Notes under the pieces: model-generated
What the model saw: only the letters and a program-made list of their open reading frames with translations
Database searches by the model: none
What the model was told of the DNA's origin: nothing
Origin: Craspedostauros australis
Taxonomy: Eukaryota
DNA: 35,224 nt
Assembly: GCA_030167865.1 (NCBI GenBank)
Contig: JALAGF010004597.1
Location: forward strand, 1-35,224
Direction: 5' to 3'
In this document: piece by piece, positions 11,850-21,591 of the stretch
Position numbering within the stretch: position 1 is the first letter of the stretch
How the letters are laid out: each line of letters starts with the position of its first letter
Translations under genes and position numbers: made by a program

Positions 11850-13183
11850 TGCTTGCCCACCCCGCGTTGATGCCTTGCAACAGCGACACGACCGGGGCGA
11901 TCTTGCGATCCAACGTGCGCTGCATCAGCCCCATGTACAAGGCCAATGCCTCGAGATCCTTCTCGGATGCGTTCGAATCGCGCAGCATGTGACGGTTTGC
12001 CAGCGTATTGCAGGCACGTGTGCGTCACGATCAGGTGCAGCGAATCTCTCGTGAGGACCTGGACGAAGAGGAATTGGGGCGCAGTGCCGATCTCCAGTTG
12101 TCGACGATGGCGTGCGAGAGGGATTGCGTCAGCTGCATGGCGGAGCGGTCGTCGTAGGTCTTGCCGGTCTTGTAGTCCTCATGAGAATGCTTGATCTCCC
12201 AGCAGCTCGTGTTGGTGTTCTTTTGGAGGGTCCGGCCGATCTCCAATTCGGGGATCCTGCGTTGTGGATCGGGGACGTTGGCAAAGATGGAGAGGACGAG
12301 GTAGCGCTGCAAGAGATATTCGAGATATTGCCATTGACGACGACAATGGCGACGATGACGATGGTGATAAGGAGGAGACAACGAAGGGAAAGGATCATGT
12401 GAGCTATTCTATGAATGATGATAACGATGTAACATGGTGGGAGCATTGATGAACGTCGGCATTGTTTTCATTGGCGAAACGGAACTTGAGCATCTTGATC
12501 ATACCGCGCAGGATGTTGGCCTCGTAGGATGTGCTGATCTCGCGTTCGGCGCGCAGCCAGAGGATGAAGGCGATGATGGGTTGTGCGGATGCTTTGGATT
12601 TGTTGGGGGATGATATCGGAAAGGGAGATCTCGGGCTGTGATATCTCGTCCCTTTTGTTATCATCATCGTCGTCGTCGCTGCGTTTGGACTCTCCATTCG
12701 GTTGCTTCCGCTGCAAGCACCATCCCAAATACAGCTTCGAATGTCGGATGTACACCTCCGCCGTCGCGTGCCCAATGGGCTCTCCCTCTGTGGCATGGTG
12801 GTCGGTGTCGTCATGAAGGCAAGGCACTCACCCAATTCCGCCGAAAGTACTGGATATTGCGTCCTGGAGCTCTGCGCCAATCCATCTTCCATGAGAAGTG
12901 GCATGTCAAAGATCTGAATGAGGAGGGTCGAAAGAATCTCGGGACGATCGACAAAGTCGCGCGCAAAGACGACGAGGTTGTTGTCCTGCAACAGACTGCT
13001 GCATCGCAAGTGTTGCATCGCGTCGGCACGTCGATGGTGGATTTGCAAGGCGTCCATGGCGGCGTCGATCGCATCATTTTGATTGCTGTGGTTCACTTGC
13101 GATATGTGCCGATGCAGGGGTACAGGGTGGAAGGACGCTGTCCGTTCGTGGCAAAGCAACATCAACGCGAGGTGGATCTTCAT
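11850..13183 (-). pseudogene. Degenerate tyrosine recombinase (phage-integrase-like) gene with at least four frameshifts and several internal deletions
   Basis: Stitching frames gives MKIHLALMLL..TASF...FARDFVDRPEILSTLL...YPVLSAELGECLAFMTTPT / EPIGHATAEVYIRHSKLYLGW...ISLSDIIP / NKSKASAQPIIAFILWLRAEREISTSYEANILRGMIKMLKFRFA (core-binding/SAM-like) ... RYLVLSIFANVPDPQRRIPELEIGRTL...WEIKHSHEDYKTGKTY...NWRSALRP / FLFVQVLTRDSLHLIVTHTCLQYAGK / NRHMLRDSNASEKDLEALALYMGLMQRTLDRKIAP. Frameshifts are near 12787, 12607, 12075 and 11997. The order of motifs matches the R-K-HxxR-H-Y catalytic layout, but the first R, the second H and the Y are lost. Confidence 0.75.
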
Positions 13184-13326
13184 TGCGATGATGATTGCTT
13201 TGGCAGCCTTCGCGACAAATCTCAAAAAGTGGTGTTTCGGAACCCTATTTTTGATTACTCCCCTCATTGCCTCGCACTATGGCAGTAGATCCAGAGTGCG
13301 GACCATAGATCGTGCCATACCTTCCT

Positions 13327-14553
13327 TCACAGACGATTGCGATCCCGCAGCACCAGCTTTGTCCTCGCTACCGGGGCTGCCTTCTTCTTGGACTTCGCCA
13401 CATTCACCGGCGTTCGATTCTCTTCATCGACTGCATTGCGCTGCAAATAGGCCTCGATGCGATGATACTCGCTGTCGGGCACGAAGTCGGGCAACGCCAA
13501 GCATCGCAACGACAGATTCTTAGACACTGCCACGACGAGGCCGTCGACACCGTATGGGCTGAATGCCTGCTGGCCGCTCAAATTGATCGCTTTCAGGGTC
13601 TTGCTGCAGGCGATGATCTGCGACATGACGGGCAGATCGTCCTGCGCGATGTCGCAATGCGACAGATCCAAGACTTGCAACCGAGCAAAGCGGGGATCCA
13701 TCGTGAGGCGGTGCAACTCTTCCAGCTGCGTCGATCGCAAGGGATTGCCGGACAGCGACAACGAGCGCAATGCGACGGCGTTTTCGCACGTGGGCCGCAG
13801 ATGTGACAGGCTCAGCTGCGTCGACGACCTGCTCAGTTCCAACTCTTCAAACGATCTCGACTGCAGGATGCCATGCAACGCACGTTGCGTTTGCGGTCCA
13901 ACGTCGTTGCCTCGCAGATTCAATCGACGCAGACTGCTTCCCAACGCCGCGACGATGCAGGCCAGACCATCGTCGCTCAGATTCGTTTCGAGCAACTCGA
14001 ACTCGCACAATTTATGATGCAACGTCTCTGCCAGCGCCTGACACGCCTGCAGATCCAGCACGGCATCGCCACATTTCTGCTCGACCAACGTGCGATGACT
14101 CGACACGACGAGCGTGTCCAAGCTGCCTGACGCGCGTCCCAACGCTCGCACAGTCGCCGCCGACATGCGCACGACGCCGCGGATTTCCAATCGCTGCAGT
14201 TTGCGTTGGCACAGACCGTCGGCCAGCGCCTCGGCTTCGCTGCTGCGGAGCGTTGCATTCTGCCATAGGATGGTGTGGCATCGTGACGTCGACGCGATCA
14301 AGGTGAGAATCTGAGGCAGGTCGGCGCCACCGCAGTTTTGGAATTTGATGCACTGCCACGGATGATCCTTGGGTTTGTGGCGGATGATCTTGAGGAGCAG
14401 CGCGATGATCTCTCTGGTCTGATCGCTCGAGTTGTCGAATTGGAAGTACGAGAGGTAGAGTTCGGAGAAGGTGGAGAGATTGCTGCGTGCCGATGCCTGT
14501 TTGAGCTTGGCGGCCGTCAGGTGGGATCTGCCATGGAGGAGCAGGCGGACCAT
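13327..14553 (-). CDS. Leucine-rich repeat protein, RNI-like
   Basis: LRR units (LRRLNLRGNDVG, LRSLSLSGNPL, LQVLDLSHCDI, LKAINLSG, SLRCLAL) and a C-terminal YLQRN. First ATG at 14553; the track ORF begins at a non-ATG codon at 14586. Confidence 0.8.
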   Translation of the reverse strand: MVRLLLHGRSHLTAAKLKQASARSNLSTFSELYLSYFQFDNSSDQTREIIALLLKIIRHKPKDHPWQCIKFQNCGGADLPQILTLIASTSRCHTILWQNATLRSSEAEALADGLCQRKLQRLEIRGVVRMSAATVRALGRASGSLDTLVVSSHRTLVEQKCGDAVLDLQACQALAETLHHKLCEFELLETNLSDDGLACIVAALGSSLRRLNLRGNDVGPQTQRALHGILQSRSFEELELSRSSTQLSLSHLRPTCENAVALRSLSLSGNPLRSTQLEELHRLTMDPRFARLQVLDLSHCDIAQDDLPVMSQIIACSKTLKAINLSGQQAFSPYGVDGLVVAVSKNLSLRCLALPDFVPDSEYHRIEAYLQRNAVDEENRTPVNVAKSKKKAAPVARTKLVLRDRNRL

Positions 14554-15562
14554 GATGATTGATGCTGTTGCAGTTTGTTGTTGCAACTTTGGATGCTCTT
14601 GAAGCTGCTGTTTGTTGTGCTGATGTCACAATCGTATTGTCTTCCTTTCAATTTTGTGAACCATGAGAAGAAGAAGCTTGAGTGATCAGGATCGCTTGAG
14701 AGTGATCGTGGCAAAGAAGGACTCGTACGTGCAGTAGAATAGATTAGAGTATTCCACACGAGTATGCCTCGGTTCGACCTCTCCTCATCCTTTTCACTTA
14801 AATGGATATGGCACTGCTACACTCGTGCTGCTGCATCCAGATTTGGCATGTTCGCCCATTTGCAACCACCCCGTTGATCCCTCAACCAGCGATGATGGAA
14901 CCGACGGAGTCACTTCGGCGAAGCCAGGGTTGCATTTGGTGGGTCTCCCAGGTCTGGAAATCGATCGTTCGGCGACGGCAAAGCATCCGTTTGGTGATGC
15001 CCAAGGGGATTCCCATGATCGAGGATTTACTATGCGTTGGTCTGGGCGCTTGCATACTAAGTGGAGTAGACCTGCTGCGTGGGTCTGCATCATGTGGCTT
15101 ACCTTGAGATGTCGTTCACTCATGTGTTTGCATTGTGTTGTGATGTGTTGCATGTGTGTGCTCGTATCTTCCGGCTTTTGTTCGCGACCGTTTTCTCCGT
15201 TTGAAAGACAATTATAACGTATGAATAACGTCAAATGAGTGCGAGATGAATGATTGAATCATGTCCGGGATTGGGATGTTGACCACTTTGACTACGTTGG
15301 CCTCCTCCACAAGAAATGAGGAATCGAAATCGTTTGTTCCTTGTTCTCACCACTTTCGTCGCCCCATCTCTCACACAAAACGTCACGTCGCACCGCATCA
15401 CGCCACCAACACAGAAGAGCGCATGCGATGAAGTGATCATTGTCCCCTCGATCCCTCATTCTCCCATCTCTCATCTATCCGTGAACATCCGTCGCCCTTG
15501 TCGCCCTTCGTCACTAATTGAACCATTGTGAAGTATTCTATTACATCATATTATATTCCAAG

Positions 15563-18316
15563 ATGGTTTGGAATGGCACGAAGCAGTTCCAATCTGGCAG
15601 CAATGGGAGGCAGCGAGGTGGTCCGAGAGCACGATCGAACGCTGCCTCCAATAGCACCAACAATGGCAACACTACCAACAATAGCAACAATAACAATGGC
15701 AATCGAAATGCATGGAGCAGAAGTCAAGTTCCAGACGCGACGACCAGATCAACTGGAACGCAACAACGTGCGAAGAGCAAGCGCGAAGCTGCTGCGCCAA
15801 CTCGAATCCTAGCCAGACCGCAGCCATCCGCACAAAGCCAATCCGGAGGATGGACGGTTGTGGCCACCGCGAAGAAGGCCCCAGTAGCCGACGATCAGCA
15901 CCGGCGACCTCCGAAACCGCAAAAGAGACCGCTGCAACCGACCGCCAATCAGGAAACCAAAAAGACGAAGAACAGTGGCAAAAACAGGAAACAGAATGAT
16001 GCAAGCCAAAGGAATGCAACCAAATCCAACAAGCCAAAGCCGCAGCTCAAAGCGATGTCTCTCGGCGATGTCATCACTGGGAAGAAAGGGAAAGGCGGTG
16101 GCCCAACTTCCTCCAAAAAGCAAGGCAAACTTTCGGCCGCTGCACCGTCGCTCCTGTCGAATCAGGACTTTCCCTCGCTGGGAGCCGCTGCGGCATCGAC
16201 CTTCCAACCACCAACGCAATGGTCGCAGGCAATCCAAGCATCCAAGAATACTAAGATGACGGCAAAAGCCACAGCCCCAAAGCCCAAGCCACCACCTGCC
16301 AAATCAAAAACCAAGCCACAGCAATCATCCAAACAACGCAAACCCCAAATCTCCGTGTCGGCCGCGGCCTTCTTCGCACCCAAACCCATCGATCACAACC
16401 ACCGTGACACGCACGGCGAAGAACATCAGCTATTGCGATTGCTGCAAGAACGCACGGTCTTCCAAAAGAAAGGCAAGCAACGCATCACGACGCGCAAAAA
16501 GAAATTCTCACCGCTCAAAAAGAAGATCTTGGCCGAACGCATGCGCCAATGGCAAGCCACACAAACACCGGCGGAACCACAAACACCAACGAATACATCG
16601 CGCACCGTCTGCATCTACCATTACACGCACAGCGACGAATTGGAGGATGGCGACGAGTACGACGAGATCGTTTCCAATCTAAAAACCATGGCCGATGATG
16701 TCGCGACAAACGAAATACATATTGCACGCGATCTGGGTCCGCGCGATCCCTATCCCGTCTTTGTGCGATTCACAACGCTGCAAGACGCGCATGCTGCCGT
16801 CGTGTGTTGGGATGCGTTGCGTCTCATGGGCACCGATCTCGTGGCCTTTCCGATTGCAGATGATGACGACGGCGAGAATTGGCGCGATATCGTCGTAACA
16901 AACGAAGCCGATTTGCACAACAAGGTGGCGACATCGACGTCGCAACTGGAAGTCGTCCTGCAGAATGTCCTGACTCAGGATGATTTTGACGACGAGGATT
17001 GCATGGAGGAGACCATGTCCGATATCCGAGCCTTGATGGAACCGCACTGTCAGATCGTTCATCTCGTACCGCATGGCGATCGCGATGTCAAGCTGACGAT
17101 GCTCGCCAAACTGTCGGATGTGCAAGCGACCCTGCAGAAACTGAATGGTGTCCTCTTTGGTGGGCAACCTATTGAGGCTCGTCTCGCCGAAGATGAATCC
17201 GCGTCGCCGAGTTCCAACATCGTCATTCTTCACAACGTGTTGACGGAGGATGATCTGGAGGACGAGGATTGCATGGAGGAGAGCATACAAGACATCGAAG
17301 GCTTCGCGAAGGAGTTTGGCGATGTGAAGCAGTTGACACCGAGCGGCAGGGACGTCGAGGTTGAATACGACGTCGCGGACGCGCAATCAATCGCGGCTAC
17401 AATTCACCAAGCACAGCGCACACTTGGTGGATCGGTCGTGACCGCTTCCTTGAAATCGGCAACGCACGCCACCGACCTTCGGACCGTCCAAGTCCACAAT
17501 CTGCTCACCGAGGAAGACTTGGAAGATCCGGATTGTCTCGAGGAGTCGTTGCAAGACATTGAGGAGCTTGCTGCGTCGTATGGGGAAGTGGAATCCATCA
17601 CCGCAACGAAGGTAGAGGATCATGACGTCGTTCAAATTATGTTCCTCAATGCTGATGCCGCAAAGGCAGCGCAGACGGGTTTGGATCAAACGGTTCTGGG
17701 CGGTGAAGTGATACAGGCCAAAATACCAGGCCTGGATGCGACGATGCCGATGGCCGTCGAGGCGAACGGGAGCAACATCAACAGCAGCACGGCCGCCGCG
17801 CAACCCGAAAAACCAGAGGAGCCGAAAGCCATGTACTCCGGCGACAAGCTGATCTCGGAGCGATTCGCCGAAATGAAGAGGGTCCCCAAGATCCCGAATG
17901 CTGGTACGCCTCGCAAATACGCGACACTGTACGAGGACGAAACTGTGAAGCCCTTGCTGAAGGACATGCTGGGCGAGCTGATGAGGTTACAAAAACGTGC
18001 CGTCGAAGAGAAGAACACCAAGGTACGACGAAGATTGGTCATGGGACTGCGTGAGGTCGCGCGTGGCATCCGTGCGCACAAAGTGAAGATGGTCGTCATG
18101 GCAAACAATCTTGATGACTACGGGGCGATCGATGCCAAGCTGCAAGAGATCATCGACTTGGGCAAGAGCGAAGGCGTGCCGATCTTTTACGAATTCTCAA
18201 AGCGGACGTTGGGCAAGGCGATTGGGAAAACCATCAAGATGGCCGTCATCGGCATCCAAAACGCGGAAGGCGCGCATCAGGAATTTAAGAAGCTCATGTC
18301 TGTGTCACGTTCCTAA
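15563..18316 (+). CDS. SECISBP2: SECIS-binding protein 2 homolog (K-rich SID motif, four UHM/RRM-like repeats, L7Ae domain)
   Basis: QDFPSL motif; KKKFSPLKKKILAER (SBP2 K-rich motif); C-terminal L7Ae-type MLGELMRLQKRA..RRRLVMGLREVARGIRAHKVKMVVMANNLD..LGKAIGKTIKMAVIGIQNAEGAHQEFKKL. First ATG at 15563. Confidence 0.85.
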   Translation: MVWNGTKQFQSGSNGRQRGGPRARSNAASNSTNNGNTTNNSNNNNGNRNAWSRSQVPDATTRSTGTQQRAKSKREAAAPTRILARPQPSAQSQSGGWTVVATAKKAPVADDQHRRPPKPQKRPLQPTANQETKKTKNSGKNRKQNDASQRNATKSNKPKPQLKAMSLGDVITGKKGKGGGPTSSKKQGKLSAAAPSLLSNQDFPSLGAAAASTFQPPTQWSQAIQASKNTKMTAKATAPKPKPPPAKSKTKPQQSSKQRKPQISVSAAAFFAPKPIDHNHRDTHGEEHQLLRLLQERTVFQKKGKQRITTRKKKFSPLKKKILAERMRQWQATQTPAEPQTPTNTSRTVCIYHYTHSDELEDGDEYDEIVSNLKTMADDVATNEIHIARDLGPRDPYPVFVRFTTLQDAHAAVVCWDALRLMGTDLVAFPIADDDDGENWRDIVVTNEADLHNKVATSTSQLEVVLQNVLTQDDFDDEDCMEETMSDIRALMEPHCQIVHLVPHGDRDVKLTMLAKLSDVQATLQKLNGVLFGGQPIEARLAEDESASPSSNIVILHNVLTEDDLEDEDCMEESIQDIEGFAKEFGDVKQLTPSGRDVEVEYDVADAQSIAATIHQAQRTLGGSVVTASLKSATHATDLRTVQVHNLLTEEDLEDPDCLEESLQDIEELAASYGEVESITATKVEDHDVVQIMFLNADAAKAAQTGLDQTVLGGEVIQAKIPGLDATMPMAVEANGSNINSSTAAAQPEKPEEPKAMYSGDKLISERFAEMKRVPKIPNAGTPRKYATLYEDETVKPLLKDMLGELMRLQKRAVEEKNTKVRRRLVMGLREVARGIRAHKVKMVVMANNLDDYGAIDAKLQEIIDLGKSEGVPIFYEFSKRTLGKAIGKTIKMAVIGIQNAEGAHQEFKKLMSVSRS

Positions 18317-18573
18317 CGAGTGAGGAAATGATCAAAGGAGGGAAACAGCGGGGCAGATTGGACGTAATCCGTACGTATTCTAGCGAAGTGTTTTTCAAGC
18401 ATTACACACGAAAGGTCAGTCGTACAAGCAGGTGCGACTACAGTGCCGAAGACGAACTTGACGCATGAACGTCTCAACGAATCCGCACAAGTTTTACACC
18501 ATATTTTGGTGGTTGCAACCTCCACTCTGCAATCGTGTTTCGACTTCTTTCTGATGAACTGCGCCAATTGAGA

Positions 18574-21500
18574 CTATCTTCGAGATGAACCAAACGGAGA
18601 GTTGCCATACGATTGACCACCGCCGCCGCCTCCGCCACCGCCATCGTGCGAAAACTTGCAATTGTTGCCATAACGGCAGTTGCCCTGTGCATAGAACTTG
18701 CACGGCGGTTTCTTGTTCCTGGTGTTGCCTCGTTTTTTGTTCTGTCCTGATCCTGAGTTGCCACCCATGCCCCCGCCGAAGGGCGACTGCGATGAGGGAG
18801 CTCCGATGCCTCCCCCGAAGGGTGATGGGTTCGACATGCCACCACCTCCGCCACCGAATGGTGATTGGTTTGACATGCCGCCGCCACCACCACCACCACC
18901 ACCAAATGGTGATGGATTTGACATTCCGCCGCCACCAAACGGAGATGGGGCAGGTGCGTTCATGCCGCCGCCGAATGGAGAGGGAGCCGGTGCATTTCCC
19001 ATGCCGCCACCAAACGGAGATGGAGCTGGTGCATTGCCACCACCACCGAAGGGCGACGCGTTCGACATTCCACCGCCGCCGCCACCGAATGGAGAGGGAG
19101 CCGGTGCATTGCCCATGCCCCCACCTCCAAATGGATTTGACGTGTTTGTGTTCCCCATGCCGACACCACCGCCAAAAGGTGATGGTGCTGGTGCATTGCC
19201 CATGCCACCGCCGCCTCCAAATGGAGAAGGGGACGGCGCATTTCCCATACCGCCACCTCCGAAAGGTGATGGAGCAGGAGCATTGCCGCCGCCTCCGAAT
19301 GGATCTGGTGCATTGGTGCTGGCTCCGCCACCTCCAAATGGAGAAGGAGCCGATGCGTTTCCCATACCACCGCCTCCGAATGGATTGGGTGCGTTCATAC
19401 TGGCTCCACCACCACCACCTCCACCAAATGGATTGGGTGCATTCGTGCTGCCGCCGCCACCTCCGCCAAAAGGATTCGGAGCACCACCACCGCCGCCGCC
19501 GCCAAAGGACGTGCCGACCTTGCTTGTGGTAGAGGAACTGCCAAACGTCGTGACGGACGTGCCGTGGTACAATTCTGCCAGAGCCTTGGGCGGCAACGTC
19601 GATTTATACTTGGCGACGCCACCCTCGACGGCCTTTTGCAATCGCGTTGCACTTGGTTTGCCCAGCACCGTTTCGTCCAGTCGCTTGACGATGTCGGTGG
19701 AGATGATATGGAAGCACTTTTCAAATTCGTCCGCGTACTTGTTGGCGAGCATGTGGCCGGCGCCGGTGAGGAAGGATGCCAAGACCGGCGCGGTCAGCAA
19801 CGGCAAGGGCTTGGTTTCGGGTGGCAGCAAGTCGAGGAATCGTTGCAACCAATCCAGCGCAGCCTTGTGACCACCGAGCAGCACATGTCCCGATGGCAAG
19901 GACGCCATGATGTTGGAGACCATGGACATGATGTTTTCGGTCCGCGTCAAGAACTTGGGGAAGGTCTCGTATTCTCCATTCTTCTCCTTGATCATACCCA
20001 ACGTCGCCATGAGCTCTTCCTCCGATGCGCCGGCCTTGGGCGTTGGCAGCGTCGGCACGGCGGTCGGACAGACGGTGTAGATGTGCGCGGCGAGGATCGG
20101 GACGAGCTCCTTATTCTCGACGGACACCATGGCCAGCAACCCGGCCAACGGGAATCCGTCCCCCTTCGTTCCGCTGAATCCGTCGGCCTGGATGCGCGTC
20201 ATGGCCTTGCTGGCCAGCAGATCCAGGAGGTACCGCTTGCCGCGCACCATCTCGGGCGCCACGCCGGGTTGGTTGGCCTTGAGGGCCTGCTTGGCCTGAT
20301 CGTCTTCCTGGCGCGCCAATGTGATGGCCTCGCACACTTCCGCGGCGACTTGACGCACCTTGTTGGCATCCGTCAATGTGTTGACCTTGCCGCCCACGAC
20401 CTTCTTCATCTTGAGACGTCGCTTCGAGACCGCCTTTGACTTTTCGAACGGCGCCACGGACGCGCGCAGATCGACCAACTGGCCGACGAGCTTCTTGGCC
20501 TTGCCGACGAAGTCCACGACGGTGGGGGGAGGCTCCGCGACGCGCGGTGGCGATGCTGCTGCTGCCGCGGCTCGCTCCTTGTCCGCCTTTTGTTCCTTTT
20601 CGCGTTGCGCCTGCTGTTGCTCCTCCACCTGCTTCTGCTGTTCTTCCCGCTTGGCCTTCGCCACGGCTTCTTCCTGCTGCCGTTGCGCTTCTGCTGCGGC
20701 ATCGTCGGCCTCCTTCTGCTTGCGCTGCACAGCCTCGGCTTCCGCCCGCAGCTCCTTCTCCTTGCGCTGAATCTCGGCCGCCTTCTGCATCTCCTTGGCC
20801 AGGATGCGTCTGACATGACGATGGGCACGATCGTTCTCGACCTTGAAATGCTGACGATACGCATCCGTCTTTTGCTGGACCTTGGCCATGGTATGCTCCT
20901 CGGTCGGCAAGGACTCCATGAGCTGCTGATCGAGCTTGTGATGATGCTGCAGGATGGGGTTCTGGCTGTGCGTGGCGCAGGCCGTTGCGAAGAGCTTGGA
21001 CAGCATGGCCATCTCGACATCCTGCTCTGCCTGGACGAGACGATCGCGCGATGTCCTCGATTGGTGATCGTCGTAGGCCAGAAGCGCCGACGTCGGTGCC
21101 GTCATGGCATCCACGTGGTTCGACAAGGCCGGGAAGGACTGGCGCTGATCCGGGCTGAAGATGGCCAGATCCATGTCATGATCCTCCTCGTCATCGTCGC
21201 TGTCGTACAGCGATATCCTGCTGCGCGGCGTTCTGAACTGCTGCGAATGCGTGCGGCTTTCCAACGGCGATTGCAATCCAAACCAGCACTGACCCCATTG
21301 TGGTTGAAAACCCATGGGATGTGGTGGTTCGGCCTGATTGTCATCATCGCTGTCGCTGTCATCGTCGCTGTTGTTGGTATCGACACGCATGATGACGTGC
21401 TTGTCATTGCCGTACCGAGGCAAAGTCAGATTGTCATTGCGGCGATCCTCATCGTCCGAATACTGCAGATCGTCATGCTCATCGTTCAGACGGATCGGAA

Positions 21501-21591
21501 TCATCTTCTGACGACTTTGAAACTGCGATGCTTGCACCACAACGAAGGACTCGTCATCGGAATCGGACCCTTCAAGGCCGAACTGCGGCAT
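18574..21591 (-). CDS. GLE1: mRNA export factor Gle1 with C-terminal FG-repeat region and CCCH zinc finger
   Basis: Acidic N-terminus, central coiled coil (EAQRQQEEAVAKAKREEQQKQ), Gle1 domain motifs (HIYTVCPTAVP, LGM..GEYE..FLTR, WLQRFL, FLTGAGHML..Y..F), then PFGGG repeats and CKFYAQGNCRYGNNCKFSH. Confidence 0.85.
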   Translation of the reverse strand: MPQFGLEGSDSDDESFVVVQASQFQSRQKMIPIRLNDEHDDLQYSDDEDRRNDNLTLPRYGNDKHVIMRVDTNNSDDDSDSDDDNQAEPPHPMGFQPQWGQCWFGLQSPLESRTHSQQFRTPRSRISLYDSDDDEEDHDMDLAIFSPDQRQSFPALSNHVDAMTAPTSALLAYDDHQSRTSRDRLVQAEQDVEMAMLSKLFATACATHSQNPILQHHHKLDQQLMESLPTEEHTMAKVQQKTDAYRQHFKVENDRAHRHVRRILAKEMQKAAEIQRKEKELRAEAEAVQRKQKEADDAAAEAQRQQEEAVAKAKREEQQKQVEEQQQAQREKEQKADKERAAAAAASPPRVAEPPPTVVDFVGKAKKLVGQLVDLRASVAPFEKSKAVSKRRLKMKKVVGGKVNTLTDANKVRQVAAEVCEAITLARQEDDQAKQALKANQPGVAPEMVRGKRYLLDLLASKAMTRIQADGFSGTKGDGFPLAGLLAMVSVENKELVPILAAHIYTVCPTAVPTLPTPKAGASEEELMATLGMIKEKNGEYETFPKFLTRTENIMSMVSNIMASLPSGHVLLGGHKAALDWLQRFLDLLPPETKPLPLLTAPVLASFLTGAGHMLANKYADEFEKCFHIISTDIVKRLDETVLGKPSATRLQKAVEGGVAKYKSTLPPKALAELYHGTSVTTFGSSSTTSKVGTSFGGGGGGGAPNPFGGGGGGSTNAPNPFGGGGGGGASMNAPNPFGGGGMGNASAPSPFGGGGASTNAPDPFGGGGNAPAPSPFGGGGMGNAPSPSPFGGGGGMGNAPAPSPFGGGVGMGNTNTSNPFGGGGMGNAPAPSPFGGGGGGMSNASPFGGGGNAPAPSPFGGGMGNAPAPSPFGGGMNAPAPSPFGGGGMSNPSPFGGGGGGGGGMSNQSPFGGGGGGMSNPSPFGGGIGAPSSQSPFGGGMGGNSGSGQNKKRGNTRNKKPPCKFYAQGNCRYGNNCKFSHDGGGGGGGGGQSYGNSPFGSSRR
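18770..19510 (-). repeat. Coding tandem repeats, about 18 x [S/N]PFGGG(G) units (often MGNAPAPSPFGGG)
   Basis: Repeated CCACCGCC / AATGGAGA units on the + strand, translating to FG-nucleoporin-like repeats. Confidence 0.95.

Noticed and set aside
12404-13267. 287-aa ORF as an intact standalone gene
   Set aside because: Its middle part is out of frame between two compensating frameshifts (about 12787 and 12607); it is part of the recombinase pseudogene.
18770-19510. Regularly spaced DNA repeats considered as a CRISPR-like array
   Set aside because: Units vary at synonymous positions, stay in frame and encode PFGGG peptides; eukaryotic context, no cas genes.
18698-19870. Proline-rich 390-aa + strand ORF resembling formin FH1 or extensin
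   Set aside because: It is the reverse complement of the Gly-rich FG repeats of GLE1.
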